A program made the translations under genes and the position numbers. Below the pieces are notes generated by a model, which saw nothing but the letters and a program-made list of their open reading frames with translations, was not told the DNA's origin and made no database searches. Positions 47,962 to 59,600 of a stretch of DNA of 64,000 nucleotides are shown here, in pieces. The stretch is from a virus: positions 1 to 64,000 of the IMG/VR virus record IMGVR_UViG_3300044642_000074. One strand, 5' to 3'. Numbering within the stretch: position 1 is the stretch's first letter; each line of letters opens with the position of its first letter.

Positions 47962-50900
47962 ATGAAAATACGTATTACAAAAAAAGGGCTACCTAAAGCT
48001 CAGTGGTTAAACAGTCAACCTGGAGTTCAGTTACAGCTGCCTGCCAGTTCGCAACCTAACTTTGCATGGATGACATCTCAGCAGATGCAGAATTATCTTA
48101 TGCCTGCTGCTCCACAAACGTTACCTGTTAACAACACAAGCCTTCCTCCTGATGTTATTATTCCTAGGAACTTGTATCCAGCTATGACAGATGCTGAGAT
48201 GGCTCCTCCTGAAGTTCTTGATCAACAAAACCAAGTAAGTCAACCTGTTGATATAGCAGCTGCTTTAGGTATTGGACCAAAGAGAGAAGCTTGGGAAATA
48301 GAGCAGCAGAAAAAATATGATACCGATCCAAACTATGCATTGAAGTTTGATGATAGTGTTGGCTTTGGTATGCTTCAGGGGTATACAGATCCTAAGCGTC
48401 TTACTAGTAGGCAAGATCTTAAGAAGTACGTAAACTTCTTTAACAAAAAGTACGGTACGAAACTAAAGATGCCTACTTACAATCCAGGCTTAGCTAAGGC
48501 TGCTAACGCTGTTAGTACAGGTATTGGAGCTTTGGCCTTAGCTGGTAATGCAGTAGATTATTTAGAAGCTAATAAAAAAGGAAAAGAGTGGGAACGTTTC
48601 TTCCGTCAGCGTATGATGGAACCTGCTCCCAATACTGAGTTTGAAGGTATTGAGAATATTAACTCCGGAAGAATGTTTGAAAACATGCTACCTAAACCTA
48701 ATCAAGGACGTTTTGATTATGGTGGTGTAGCTAACAATATGTTTGATTCTATGAAAATACGTATTACATCTGCTCCTCAGTCCATGGAGTATGGAGGTCA
48801 GTCTAACTACGGACTTGATCTTGGTAGAAGAAAAATCTATACAGACATGCCTGAGTCCCAGGCTGAGTCAGTTACTAGTTCTGTAGGAGCTGTACCTAGA
48901 GCTATGGCGAATATTGAAGCTGAAGGCGGAGAAACTGTCTTTGGAGACATGGACGGTGATGGAGCTATGGAACATATGAACATAGTTGGTAAACGTCACC
49001 ATCAAGGTGGTGTACCATTAAATGTACCTGAAGGAAGTTTTATCTTTTCAGATACAGCTAAGATGAGAATCAAAGATCCTGCTGTTCTTGCTATGTTTGG
49101 TAAGACTATTACAAAAGGAAATAAAGGATATACTCCGGCTCAAATTGCTAAGCAGTATAACATAAATAAGTATAAAGCAGTAATGGAAGATCCTAATGCG
49201 GATCATGTTGCCAAAGCTACTGCACAGTTAATGGTAAACAATTACCGTAAGAAACTTGGTGGCCTTGCTCTGATACAAGAAGAGATGAAAGGATTTCCTC
49301 AAGGTATACCTCAAGTAGCTGAAGCTGCTACAGACAAACCTATGATGGCAAAGTTTGGCGGATACCTTCCGGAATATCAAACAGCAGGACAAGCTCCTCC
49401 TGTTATACCTCAAGCTTTTAGGATAACTTCTTTGACTCCTGAGGTACAAGCTGCGTTAGCTGAATTTGCTAGCCGTCAAAATCCTGGGGGTGGTCAAAAT
49501 ACAACAGTGTCTGCGTCTAATACCAGATCTCCTCAGGCTTTAGCTGATATGAGTGACCCAGAGTTCCAGAAGTTTATGGATCTGGTTAACAAGTATGATA
49601 ATAAGCAGAGAAAAGATGCTAGTTATATAAATTCTATGACAGATGCAGACGCTAAAGAGTTTGCCCGTCTTGCTACCAAGTTTGGTTTTAAAAGAACAGA
49701 CAAAGATGGTAAACAGCAGTATAGAGTTGTACAAGGATCTACTCCAGATTATAACTTTACAATAAAAGGTAAAGACGGAAAACCTCAAAAGATTGGATTT
49801 TTTGGTGGCTACCGTCCGCAGCAATACGAGCGTAGAGTTGTAGAAGATGTTCTTGGAGAAGACTCTGTAAAGAATATGAGTGAGCTAGATATCCGTAAAG
49901 CTTACTTTAAAGAACTTGGTGTTGATGTAAGTGGTATGAGTGATGATCAGTTAAAGGATTCTAAGAAACTTTATACTGATGCAAACTTTTTTCAAAATGT
50001 CTTCTATCCTAAGTTTACTCAAAGGTTTGGTAAAGATGATTACCGTAGCCAGCTTGGTGATGACTTGTTGATTGGTGCTGAGCACTATGATGCATATCGT
50101 AAAAAAGAGAAATCTCAGGATACTACCGTTATAGGTTATATCTGTAAGGGTGTGTCTGCAAATGGTGCTCCTATTGTAGAAAGTTCTAGCTTTAGAGATG
50201 AAGCTGCTTTGGCTGCAGCTGGTGCGTCTAAGTCATACCAAGTAGCTATCTTAAACTGTGGCAAAGACACTGATATAGATATAGATATTATTCCTGGAAA
50301 GAAGAAGCAACCTACTGACTTCATGACTCCTGATAAGCTTACGTTAATGGCTGCTGCAGCTATTCCACCAAAAGGATATTTTCCTTTTGTATCGGATATG
50401 CCGTTTAGACCGGGTCAACTAGCTTTAGAAGACTGGTTAAGCCAGGTTCAGAATATTCAACAGGGGTATAACACTTCAGCAAATATGTTGGGTACATACA
50501 ACCCTGGTACAGCTATGGCGTCTAACTTATCTTTCTTAGCAGGTCAGGCTGGTGATCAGACTGCCCAGGCTATTTCACAGGTAGGCAGCCGTAACGTTGA
50601 CAGATTCAACCAATTTGCAAACACTGAGACTCAGCGTAGACAGAATGTTGATGCATACAATACATCAGCCAGAGACAAACGCTGGGATGGGTACACTGTA
50701 ACCAAACAAAACCTAGATAATGCTCGTAGGAGATATCTTAATACAGTCACTAAAGCCACTAATAATATGTGGGCTAACCGTATGTACTTAGATATGATTA
50801 ATTCTGTTAATCCTTTCTTTAATGTAGATCCTAGATCTGGTCTTTCTTATTTTACAAATGATGGGTATACTACAAAAGATCTTGGAAGAAGTTCTGCCGG

Positions 50901-51162
50901 TGCAGGTGGAGGAGGTATAGATTGGTCTGAAATAAGCAGAGGCTTTCAAGATGCCAAAGGCAAGTTTCCTGGTCTTACTGAAGAGCAGTATCTCAGAATG
51001 ACCAATCAAAGAACTACATCTGTTGATACAAACAGAGACGGTCTACCTGACAGGACAAGTACTGCAAACATGGGACCCATGAGCTACATGTCTCAGATGC
51101 TTCCTATGTATATGGCAATGTCTAACATTGCTAGATCAGCTAATCCTTTTACCGGGCAATAA
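47962..51162 (+). CDS. crAss-like cargo/ejection protein
   Basis: ANIEAEGGE...GKRHHQGGVPL...FIFSD core typical of crAss cargo proteins; helical C-terminus. Confidence 0.75.
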   Translation: MKIRITKKGLPKAQWLNSQPGVQLQLPASSQPNFAWMTSQQMQNYLMPAAPQTLPVNNTSLPPDVIIPRNLYPAMTDAEMAPPEVLDQQNQVSQPVDIAAALGIGPKREAWEIEQQKKYDTDPNYALKFDDSVGFGMLQGYTDPKRLTSRQDLKKYVNFFNKKYGTKLKMPTYNPGLAKAANAVSTGIGALALAGNAVDYLEANKKGKEWERFFRQRMMEPAPNTEFEGIENINSGRMFENMLPKPNQGRFDYGGVANNMFDSMKIRITSAPQSMEYGGQSNYGLDLGRRKIYTDMPESQAESVTSSVGAVPRAMANIEAEGGETVFGDMDGDGAMEHMNIVGKRHHQGGVPLNVPEGSFIFSDTAKMRIKDPAVLAMFGKTITKGNKGYTPAQIAKQYNINKYKAVMEDPNADHVAKATAQLMVNNYRKKLGGLALIQEEMKGFPQGIPQVAEAATDKPMMAKFGGYLPEYQTAGQAPPVIPQAFRITSLTPEVQAALAEFASRQNPGGGQNTTVSASNTRSPQALADMSDPEFQKFMDLVNKYDNKQRKDASYINSMTDADAKEFARLATKFGFKRTDKDGKQQYRVVQGSTPDYNFTIKGKDGKPQKIGFFGGYRPQQYERRVVEDVLGEDSVKNMSELDIRKAYFKELGVDVSGMSDDQLKDSKKLYTDANFFQNVFYPKFTQRFGKDDYRSQLGDDLLIGAEHYDAYRKKEKSQDTTVIGYICKGVSANGAPIVESSSFRDEAALAAAGASKSYQVAILNCGKDTDIDIDIIPGKKKQPTDFMTPDKLTLMAAAAIPPKGYFPFVSDMPFRPGQLALEDWLSQVQNIQQGYNTSANMLGTYNPGTAMASNLSFLAGQAGDQTAQAISQVGSRNVDRFNQFANTETQRRQNVDAYNTSARDKRWDGYTVTKQNLDNARRRYLNTVTKATNNMWANRMYLDMINSVNPFFNVDPRSGLSYFTNDGYTTKDLGRSSAGAGGGGIDWSEISRGFQDAKGKFPGLTEEQYLRMTNQRTTSVDTNRDGLPDRTSTANMGPMSYMSQMLPMYMAMSNIARSANPFTGQ

Positions 51163-51188
51163 GTTTATTCACACGCTTTAAACCTGTT

Positions 51189-51238
51189 AAGTTTAGTATT
51201 AAACTTCAGAGATTTTTTAGTATATTATAATGTACACC
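51189..51238 (+). promoter_or_regulatory. extended phage promoter-like motif
   Basis: AAGTTTAGTATTAAACTTCAGAGATTTTTTAGTATATTATAATGTACACC, ending 1 nt before the ATG. Confidence 0.6.
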
Positions 51239-51239
51239 T

Positions 51240-53600
51240 ATGGCTACATACCTTCCTAATATTACTGACGCAATACCAGAGCCAGCGTTGTTTACGCCTG
51301 ACTTTTCCTTCTTAGATACTATGCTAAGGAGAAGGCAGGGTCTTTATGAGCAAGGCTTTGCTCAGGTAAACAGTGCGTACAACTTTCTTAACAGGGATGT
51401 AACGCAGGCTTACAATGCTCAGACTAAACAAAGATATCTTAATGAAGCTCGTTCTCGTTTAAAGAACTTGTCTGCTATGGATTTGTCTCAAAGACAGAAT
51501 GTTTCTACAGCAACAGGTGTATTTGAACCTTTTTATAAGAATAGTACTTTACTTGGTGACCAGGCTCTTACTGCTCACTGGAACCAGCAGTTAAGTGTAG
51601 CAGATTCCTATCGTTTACAAGACGGAGGAAAAGAGTTTCATGAAGATAATGCTGCTCTTGTCCGAATGCAACAGGAAAAGTTCAGAAGTGATACTCCTGA
51701 TTCATGGCAAAGGTATTACGGTAACCGTGAATATTATACTCCTTTTTATGACGCAGATAAGGAGATGATAGAGCTGATGAAGAACTTTAAGCCTTCTTCT
51801 ACAAAGATTGAAAGGGTAAACGGTATGTACATGGTTACTACCAAAGATGCTTCTTGGACCAAGGAGGAGATTTCTAGATACCTGAACGCTACTTTGTCAG
51901 AAAAAGCAAAGAAGCAGTTAGGTATACATGCAAAAGTTAGATACTCTGATCCTGCTGCTGTAGCTGGTCTATATGTTAACCAGGCTCAGATGGAACTTCC
52001 TGTTATTGAACAGAAGATATCAGATGTTAATGCATCTATAAAGAGTGAAAGAAACAAAGAAAAGCTTGAACAGCTTAAGAGTCTGCGTGAAACATTTGTA
52101 CAGAACAGAAACGAGATTGCTTCAAACTTAGAAAGTATTTCTAAAGGAGATATATCTTTTTTACAAGGTAATGCTGAAAAGTTTGCCAGAAACGTATATA
52201 TGTCTCAGGCTGTAGACCGTATAGCCAAAGGGTTTTCTCATAAAGATATTGAGCAGACCATTGATGCTAACCAAGTAGCCATGATGTATGCCCGCATGGC
52301 TTTTGACCGTGCTGAAAACGAAAAGAACAGAAAGGCTCAACAAGGAACTGAACTTCCTATAGTACCTGTTACTAGGGAAGGTGAGACAGTAACTACTTCA
52401 TACAGTACTTTACAGAATGATATTAAGAATGCTAAGAAAGTATCTGATGCTAAGTTTAACGAACTTAAAGACTACATGACTACTCAAGATGCTTTCCGTG
52501 GAAGATCTTCTGCTAGTATTACAGGGGAGGAAGTACAAAAATGGGTTTCTTCTCATCAACAGAATGAAAAAGTAATAGCTTTTGTAAATGCAGAAACAGT
52601 ACATAGTGCTAAGAATGACCAGCTTACTAACTGGCAAAAAGGTGCTGAGCAGTGGGCTGTTCAACAAATGGGCAGTGAATATGATCAGCTATTAACATAC
52701 CGTGAAGAACAAAAGAAACTTGAAAACAAAGCTGTAAATAATATTACAGGTACTCAAACTATGACTGTAAATGGTCGTACGTTTCAAGTTCCTTCCTCAG
52801 TAATACCGGCAGGAAAAGATAAGTATTATTTTGAAAGAGGACCTTATGGTAAATCTCGGTATGATATAGATAAAGACTTGGCTAAAGCAGGTAGTAAGAT
52901 GGTTGCTAGACAACAAACAGGTATAAATGGAGAGGCTTTAGAAAAGAAGTTTACTGATTTGAAAAAGCAGTATAATAGTAAGCAGAATACTGTGGAGGTA
53001 AGTAAGAATACTCAAGGGTTTACTTTGAGTACTGATGATAAAAGATATAAATCTGCGGTGGGTTATCTTGAATCTATTTCTGGAGCTGATGGTATGATTT
53101 CTGGTGTAAAATGGTTTCCGACTTTAGAAGGGTTTGACATGACCTTTAAGTTAAATGATGCTGATAAAACAAATCCTAAAGATAGAGAAAAGCTAAGGAA
53201 TGATTTAATAAGTACACTAGGAACTAATCAGGTTACTTATAATAAAGACACTGATGTTTTTACTGTTGGAAATTTGGCCCCTACAATATCTCCTAGGTTA
53301 GATCCTTATGGAGGTATTCCACCTGTGCACAGACAAGCGTTATCTTCTATTGAGGGGCTTGCTGGTCAGCCCGGTATGACAAGATCAACTGTTGCTTTTC
53401 CGATGACAGGAAAAGCTGGTACACATGCTGTACAAGTTGTAAAGTTGTTTGGAACCACCCCAGAATCTGACAGTTATATATTATATATGAATAACAAGTC
53501 TATAGATAGACCCTATAGTTCTCCATTGGACGCTTATGGTGCTGCTTTTGGCTTGGTCAACAATCCTGTTGCTTTGAGTACAGTATTGTCTGGTAACTAA
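51240..53600 (+). CDS. cargo/ejection protein preceding the virion RNA polymerase
   Basis: 786 aa helical protein, N-terminal MATYLP...FTPDFSF; crAss cargo synteny. Confidence 0.7.
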   Translation: MATYLPNITDAIPEPALFTPDFSFLDTMLRRRQGLYEQGFAQVNSAYNFLNRDVTQAYNAQTKQRYLNEARSRLKNLSAMDLSQRQNVSTATGVFEPFYKNSTLLGDQALTAHWNQQLSVADSYRLQDGGKEFHEDNAALVRMQQEKFRSDTPDSWQRYYGNREYYTPFYDADKEMIELMKNFKPSSTKIERVNGMYMVTTKDASWTKEEISRYLNATLSEKAKKQLGIHAKVRYSDPAAVAGLYVNQAQMELPVIEQKISDVNASIKSERNKEKLEQLKSLRETFVQNRNEIASNLESISKGDISFLQGNAEKFARNVYMSQAVDRIAKGFSHKDIEQTIDANQVAMMYARMAFDRAENEKNRKAQQGTELPIVPVTREGETVTTSYSTLQNDIKNAKKVSDAKFNELKDYMTTQDAFRGRSSASITGEEVQKWVSSHQQNEKVIAFVNAETVHSAKNDQLTNWQKGAEQWAVQQMGSEYDQLLTYREEQKKLENKAVNNITGTQTMTVNGRTFQVPSSVIPAGKDKYYFERGPYGKSRYDIDKDLAKAGSKMVARQQTGINGEALEKKFTDLKKQYNSKQNTVEVSKNTQGFTLSTDDKRYKSAVGYLESISGADGMISGVKWFPTLEGFDMTFKLNDADKTNPKDREKLRNDLISTLGTNQVTYNKDTDVFTVGNLAPTISPRLDPYGGIPPVHRQALSSIEGLAGQPGMTRSTVAFPMTGKAGTHAVQVVKLFGTTPESDSYILYMNNKSIDRPYSSPLDAYGAAFGLVNNPVALSTVLSGN

Positions 53601-53614
53601 ATATCCTATACCCC

Positions 53615-56600
53615 ATGATAGAAAACCTTTTTGAACAAGGCTTAGATAACGTTGACGTTCCTGAAAACTTGGAAGAAACTCCAGGTTTAGAACTTGGTAA
53701 TCTAGATCAGCCTGAAAGTCCTGAGCAAAGTCCATTAGGAACACCTGCTCCTGTTCAATCTACACCTTCGGTTGATCCTCCTACAAAGAAGTATAAGTCT
53801 TATGAGGCTGCTTTGGATGCTGCAGAACTTGGGGCTAAAAAGTTTTTTCCTTTTGCTGATACTGACTTCTTAAGATCCAAGACTGTTTCTGGTGATCGTG
53901 CCAGAAAGTATAACGATATGGAATATGGCTACCGTTATGGTGTAGACATGGATGACTTTTACGGGGAGATGGAAAGTCCGCTAACTACTTTTGCTAAAGG
54001 AGCAGGTAGATTTGTATTAGGTGTAGGAACCAAAGTAGGACAAGGTGCAGGTTTTCTTTTAGGTCTTGCAAACCCTCAGAATTGGGATGAAGATATTATT
54101 ACAAAAGCTTCCGATAACGGTATTACATATTTATTTGACCAGCTGGACGAAAAGACCAAGCAAGATTGGTTACCTACTTTTCAAGAAGCAGCTGATAGAG
54201 ACAAAGGTTTTTGGAATAAGTTTTTTACAGATGGGGATTTTTGGATGACTGATGCTGTAGACGGTGCTGCATTTCTAGTATCTGCATGGGTACCGGGTAT
54301 GGCATTGTCTAAGTTAGGTCTAGGAACAAAGTTAGCTCAAAGTCTTTCAGGTCTTAGACTTGGTGTTGGCGGAGCTGAAGCTGCTGTAGAAGGAGCAGCC
54401 ATGACACAGAACTATCTTACTAAAGCTAACAGTATCTTCAAAACAGGTATTGATAAGTTTAATGCTTGGGCTTTAGCAACAAGTTCTGAAGCTATGTTTG
54501 AAGCTGCAGAAGCAAGAAGGGGTATTATAGACTCATTGACTTATGATGAGTTTGGACGTTTGAAAATTAATCCTGTTACAGGAACTCCATATTCAGAAGA
54601 TGAGAAAAGAAAGATTGCCGGTGGAGCTGCTCAGAATAGTTTCTTACTTAATGCTGCTTTGCTTGCTGGTACAAATGCTTTAGAACTTAGATGGATAGGC
54701 TCTATGTTTGGAGCTGGAGAAAGAGCTGCTGTTAGTGGAATAACCGGTGCAACTAATCTTACAGACCGTATGGTTGCAGAACAGGCAGTAGGTAAGTTTA
54801 GTAAGTTTTTATCATCTGGTAAGGGTGCTTTTTTAAGTGGAGCTACACAAGGTATTCTTGCAGAAGGTTTTGTAGAAGAGAATGCTCAGCTTGCTATACA
54901 GCGTGTAAATCAGCAGTATGGTATGCAAGGTAAGGTTGCTGAATTTGGTAACCTTGGAGACTTTATAACTCAGTTTAAGAATCAAACCTTCAATGCTTTA
55001 ATCGGCAAGGACCCAGAGGCTGCTACTAGTATAGGTATTGGTGGTATTCTTGGTACGCTAGGAGGTGGTATATCTTCTACAATACAACAGCGTAAAGATA
55101 GAACTCTTACAGAACAGGTAATAAATGCATATAACTTAGCCCAGGATAACTGGCTTAAGTTTGGTAACATATATAAAACTCAAGATGTATTTACTGTAGA
55201 TGAACAGGGTACTACTGTAAAAACACAGCAGGTAGTCTTTGATCAAAACGGGGAACCTGTAGTTGATCAAGAAAAACTGTCGGGTGCTTTAACAGGTTAT
55301 ACTGCAGTAACAGCTGCACTAGATGAAGCTTCAAAACTACAACCAGGTTTTCAAAGAGATATACTTAGAGACACTGCTTTTGCAGATTTTGTAACAGCTC
55401 ATATTAATGCTGGTATAGAAAACACTGTTATAGATAAACTTAACAGTCTTCAAAAAGCTTCACCTCAGGATCTTGCAAAGCTTGGATTTACTGTTGGTGA
55501 AAACGCAGAGCAGCAGATCAATAGGTATAAGAACCTAGCATCTGCTATTATCAATCAGAACAAACTGATTAACTCTGATATCTTGGTTGACAATAGCCAG
55601 GAAGATAAAGCCCGTAAAAATTATTTATTAAAGCTTGCTGCTGACCAGGCTGTATATAAGAGCTTGGTAAATGAGAACCAGACAGCCCTAACCGAGATAC
55701 AGAATCAGTTAGTTACTTCTGAGAATTCTTCATTGTCAGATGGTTTAGTAGAACAGCTTAATGAGCTTGCTCAAAGGATCAAGTCTCAGGAAGAGATACT
55801 TCAGGAAATGGGTACTAGTCCTGACACTGGTATTCGTAAGCAGGTAGCTAATCAAGTACTTGATGAGCTGAAGCAAAACTACGAACAGTTAGAAAAAGAT
55901 AATACTACAACTATTCAGAGTCTTAAAAAAGACAAGGATGGTTTTTATGAATATGAAAAACCAGGCCGTAATATACCTGGTGTATATGATCAGTACAAGA
56001 AGAAAGTAAGATTAAAAGGTGAACTGCAAAACCAGATTAAGTTAAATGGCCTTGAGTGGTCTAAGTATGCTGATACTAAAAACGGTAAGCAGAACTTTTT
56101 ACAGATGTTCAAAGAGGACATTGTTGATCCTTTAACTCAAGCCGCAGCTGAAGCTCAGGACGCACAGTCTCAACTCGGAAAAACAATTACTCTTACTGGC
56201 ACAGATGCTAACGGTAATCCTAAAGCAATAGATATAACCGTAGGTAAACTGTACGTTGGTAAGTTTACCAAGTCAGAAAGATACAGAGGCAAGCAGATTG
56301 TATCTGTATTTAATAATGATAAGATTAAGATATTAGATATATCAGAGGATGGCTCTACCGTTACTATAAAGGCTAATGGAGAGGTTATGGAAATGTCAGC
56401 ACAAGAGCTGGCAGATATTGCTATACCAGAAAACTGGAGAGCGTTTGATTCTTTAACTGATGATCAGAAACTTTATTTGACCCTGCGTAACCAAGTAATT
56501 GAGTACAGGGTTTTAGAACGAGATGCATCAGGTAAACCTATAAAACAAGCTAATGGTAAGTACAAGACACGCGTTGTAAAAGGACGTGTGGCTATGAATA

Positions 56601-59600
56601 AGAACAGAACTGATCTTTTATTTACATATATAGACCCTACTACTAACAAGAAGAAGTTTGTGGACTTTGACATGAGGTATGTAGTAAATCAGGAGTCTCT
56701 TGAAAAACTTCTTACCCCTCAGCAGTTTTCTGTTAAATCTCAGGAGGAAAAGGTTAAACAAAAGTATGAGACTCAAAAGCAGTTTCTTACAAACCTTATT
56801 ACTGAAACCGAAGCTAAGCTAGCTGATGCAGATACTCGTCGTCAGGCTAATGTTCAGGAGTTCCAGAAGCTGGAAGAAGATCTGAAAGGTATGAGAGAAA
56901 TGCTTGAAGAAGCTGTTTCATTCCTTGAAAAGAATCCTTATACCCGTGGCAGAAAAAGCAATGCGTACAAGTCAATGGAAGAATTGTCTCAGCAGCTTAC
57001 TGATGAGATCAATAAAAAAGAGACCCAGCTTGCTGCTTTGCAAAAAGAAAAGGAAGATCTAACCAATCTTCTTGAAGCTCTTAAGAGCACTAATGAACTT
57101 TACTACCAAGGTCTTATTGAGTTGGAAGAGACTAGCCAGCCGTTTCTGGCTGATCAGTCCGGATCTATATTTGCTCAAGAACAGGCTGACTTGGAAACTG
57201 CACAAGACAATCAGGTAACCAGACGCTTTAACAGCTCTGAGTTAGAACAGATGATTGAGCAGACTGAAACTGAGGTAGAACTTATTGACGATAGAGTAAA
57301 CTATTTACAGGGATATATTAACCAGCTGAAAAAAATGCTGGATAAAGTCCTGGTATTTAAAGATGTAGCTGATGCGTTGATGGAGATCACTGATCGTGAG
57401 CAGCTTCGTAACGCTCTGAAGATGCTAGAAGACCAGAGCTCTGTTCTTGCAGACAATACTGATGTAACCAAAGTTGGTGATATACTTTTACCTTCTGCTC
57501 CTGTTGAGAACATAGCTCCTCAGGTAACTGATGTAATAAAGAAAGAAATTGTGAAGGCTCTCCGTAAAGGACTTGCCCGTGGAGATAAAGGTATAGAAGC
57601 TCAGTACACCCTTGAGTTGATTCAACGTTTAAAGGATTCTGTACAAGAGATGGATGATCTCATTCAGAAAAGAGATGAGCTTGCTCCTAAGTTAATCAGA
57701 CTAGAAACTGCCCTTCAGCAGAAGCAATTGCTTACTAGCTTGCAGGAAAGAGTAAACTTCTTAAAGACTATACAGGAAGGATTACTTGCCCAGTATGAAA
57801 TACGTCAGCAGGAAATACTTACCCAGCGTCAAAGTAAGACAGCTGAGGTTGTACAGAACCAGATGATGGGGGACAAGCTTGCTGATGAGGAAGTATCTCA
57901 GGATTCTGAAACGTACAACTTTGATGTTAAGAAGCCTCTTTTAGCAGTACATGGATTATTTACTACTGCCGGTAGGCACTTTGTAGATGATGCGGATACA
58001 GAGCTGAACATGGAAAACAATAACGCCCTGTTCTATAAGTTATCTGCAATGGCCGATTTGCTTACAGATGAGTTTTACTTGATGCCTGTAACTGCAGAGA
58101 ATGATACGTTTGGTATCAGACGTCCTGATGTTTACGGGGATGATATCAAGTTGGTTGTAGTAAAGAAAGTAGGTAATGAGTTTAAGTTTGTAGATGCAAA
58201 CGGTGAGGTTTTAGAAAATCCTACTAAAGAAACTTTAGTATATACTTCTATGCATGGTAATGCTACCATGTTTGGAGATAACGTACAGGCCGCAGTAGAC
58301 AGTGTAAAGAACAGCTTTACTACAAAAGGTCTGACTGATGCTGAGATCCTGGATCATATTAAAAGATTCAAAGCATTCAGAGATAAGATCAAAGCTGATA
58401 TAGAAGCCGGAAGACCTGCTTATGTACCTGTAATGGGTAAGAGCAAGGGTGTGCAAGTCTTTGTAGAAAAAGACGCTAGTGGTCTACCTCAGGAACTTCC
58501 TATGGAAGGAAGACTAATCAGTGAAGACACTGCTGACTATACTAACATGACCCACCCAGATGGGCAGGGTATATCTTTAGTAGTGTCTACTTTAAAAGAT
58601 AACACTGCTGTGGATGTAAAACCCGGTCGTGTTATAATGCAAAAAGCAGACGGTACCGGATTCCGCGTATTTAACCGTCAGCTTTCACAAGAAGAAAAAG
58701 ACAACTTTATAAATACACTAAAGGTTCTTACTGGCTTATTGGCTAGAAAGAATTCTACTACAAGTCCTCTGTCTAAGCAAGAGGCTTTGGATCTTAGTGA
58801 TGTTCTTACTTACTTGAACGGTTTAGTATTCTGGACTAAGCAGGATAGTATAAGTCAAAGTGAGAATAAGTTTTATATTAACCAGGACAATGGTATGCTT
58901 TACCGCGGCACCAATGCTGTAGCACTTACAGCAGATGCTATTGAAGCAGCTAAAGAAACTCTTACCAAGGATCTTTACCACCAGGTTAATAACAACCTGG
59001 TTAAACTTAATGATCCTTTCTTCCAGGTTATTGTAGATGAGAACATGAAGATCAGTAAGGTAGAGTACCAAAACTATGTGCATTACTTACTGGGTACTCA
59101 GGACATGAAGGGACAGAATCGTAGACTCGGTACACCAGTGGTCTATACCAATACTCCTGCATATAGTCCTGATGACTTGACACCTCAACTTAAGAGCGTA
59201 TTCTTTACTTACCAGGATCCTGATAATCCGATCATCCCTAAGGTTACCGTTACACAGAATAACATAGCGTTTCCTGCTGCACAGGCTCAGCCAAACGGTC
59301 AGCCAGTAGTAGGTACTGCAGCTACTGGATTTGTAATTAATCCTGCTGCTTTTGGTGCAACGGCACCTGCAGCATCTCAGCAGCAGACTCCTGCTCCTGC
59401 AGTTGCTGCCCAGAATCCTTTTATATTTAATCCTGCCGGTTTTACAGCTCAGCCTCAGGCACAACCTGCAGCTCAGCCACAACCCGCTGTTCCTGGTTTT
59501 GTATTCAATCCTAATCAGCCAGTACAACCTCAGTCTACTACTCAGGCTCCGGCCAATCCTTTTATCTTAAATACTGCAGAGTTTGTTGCTCCTCCTCAAC

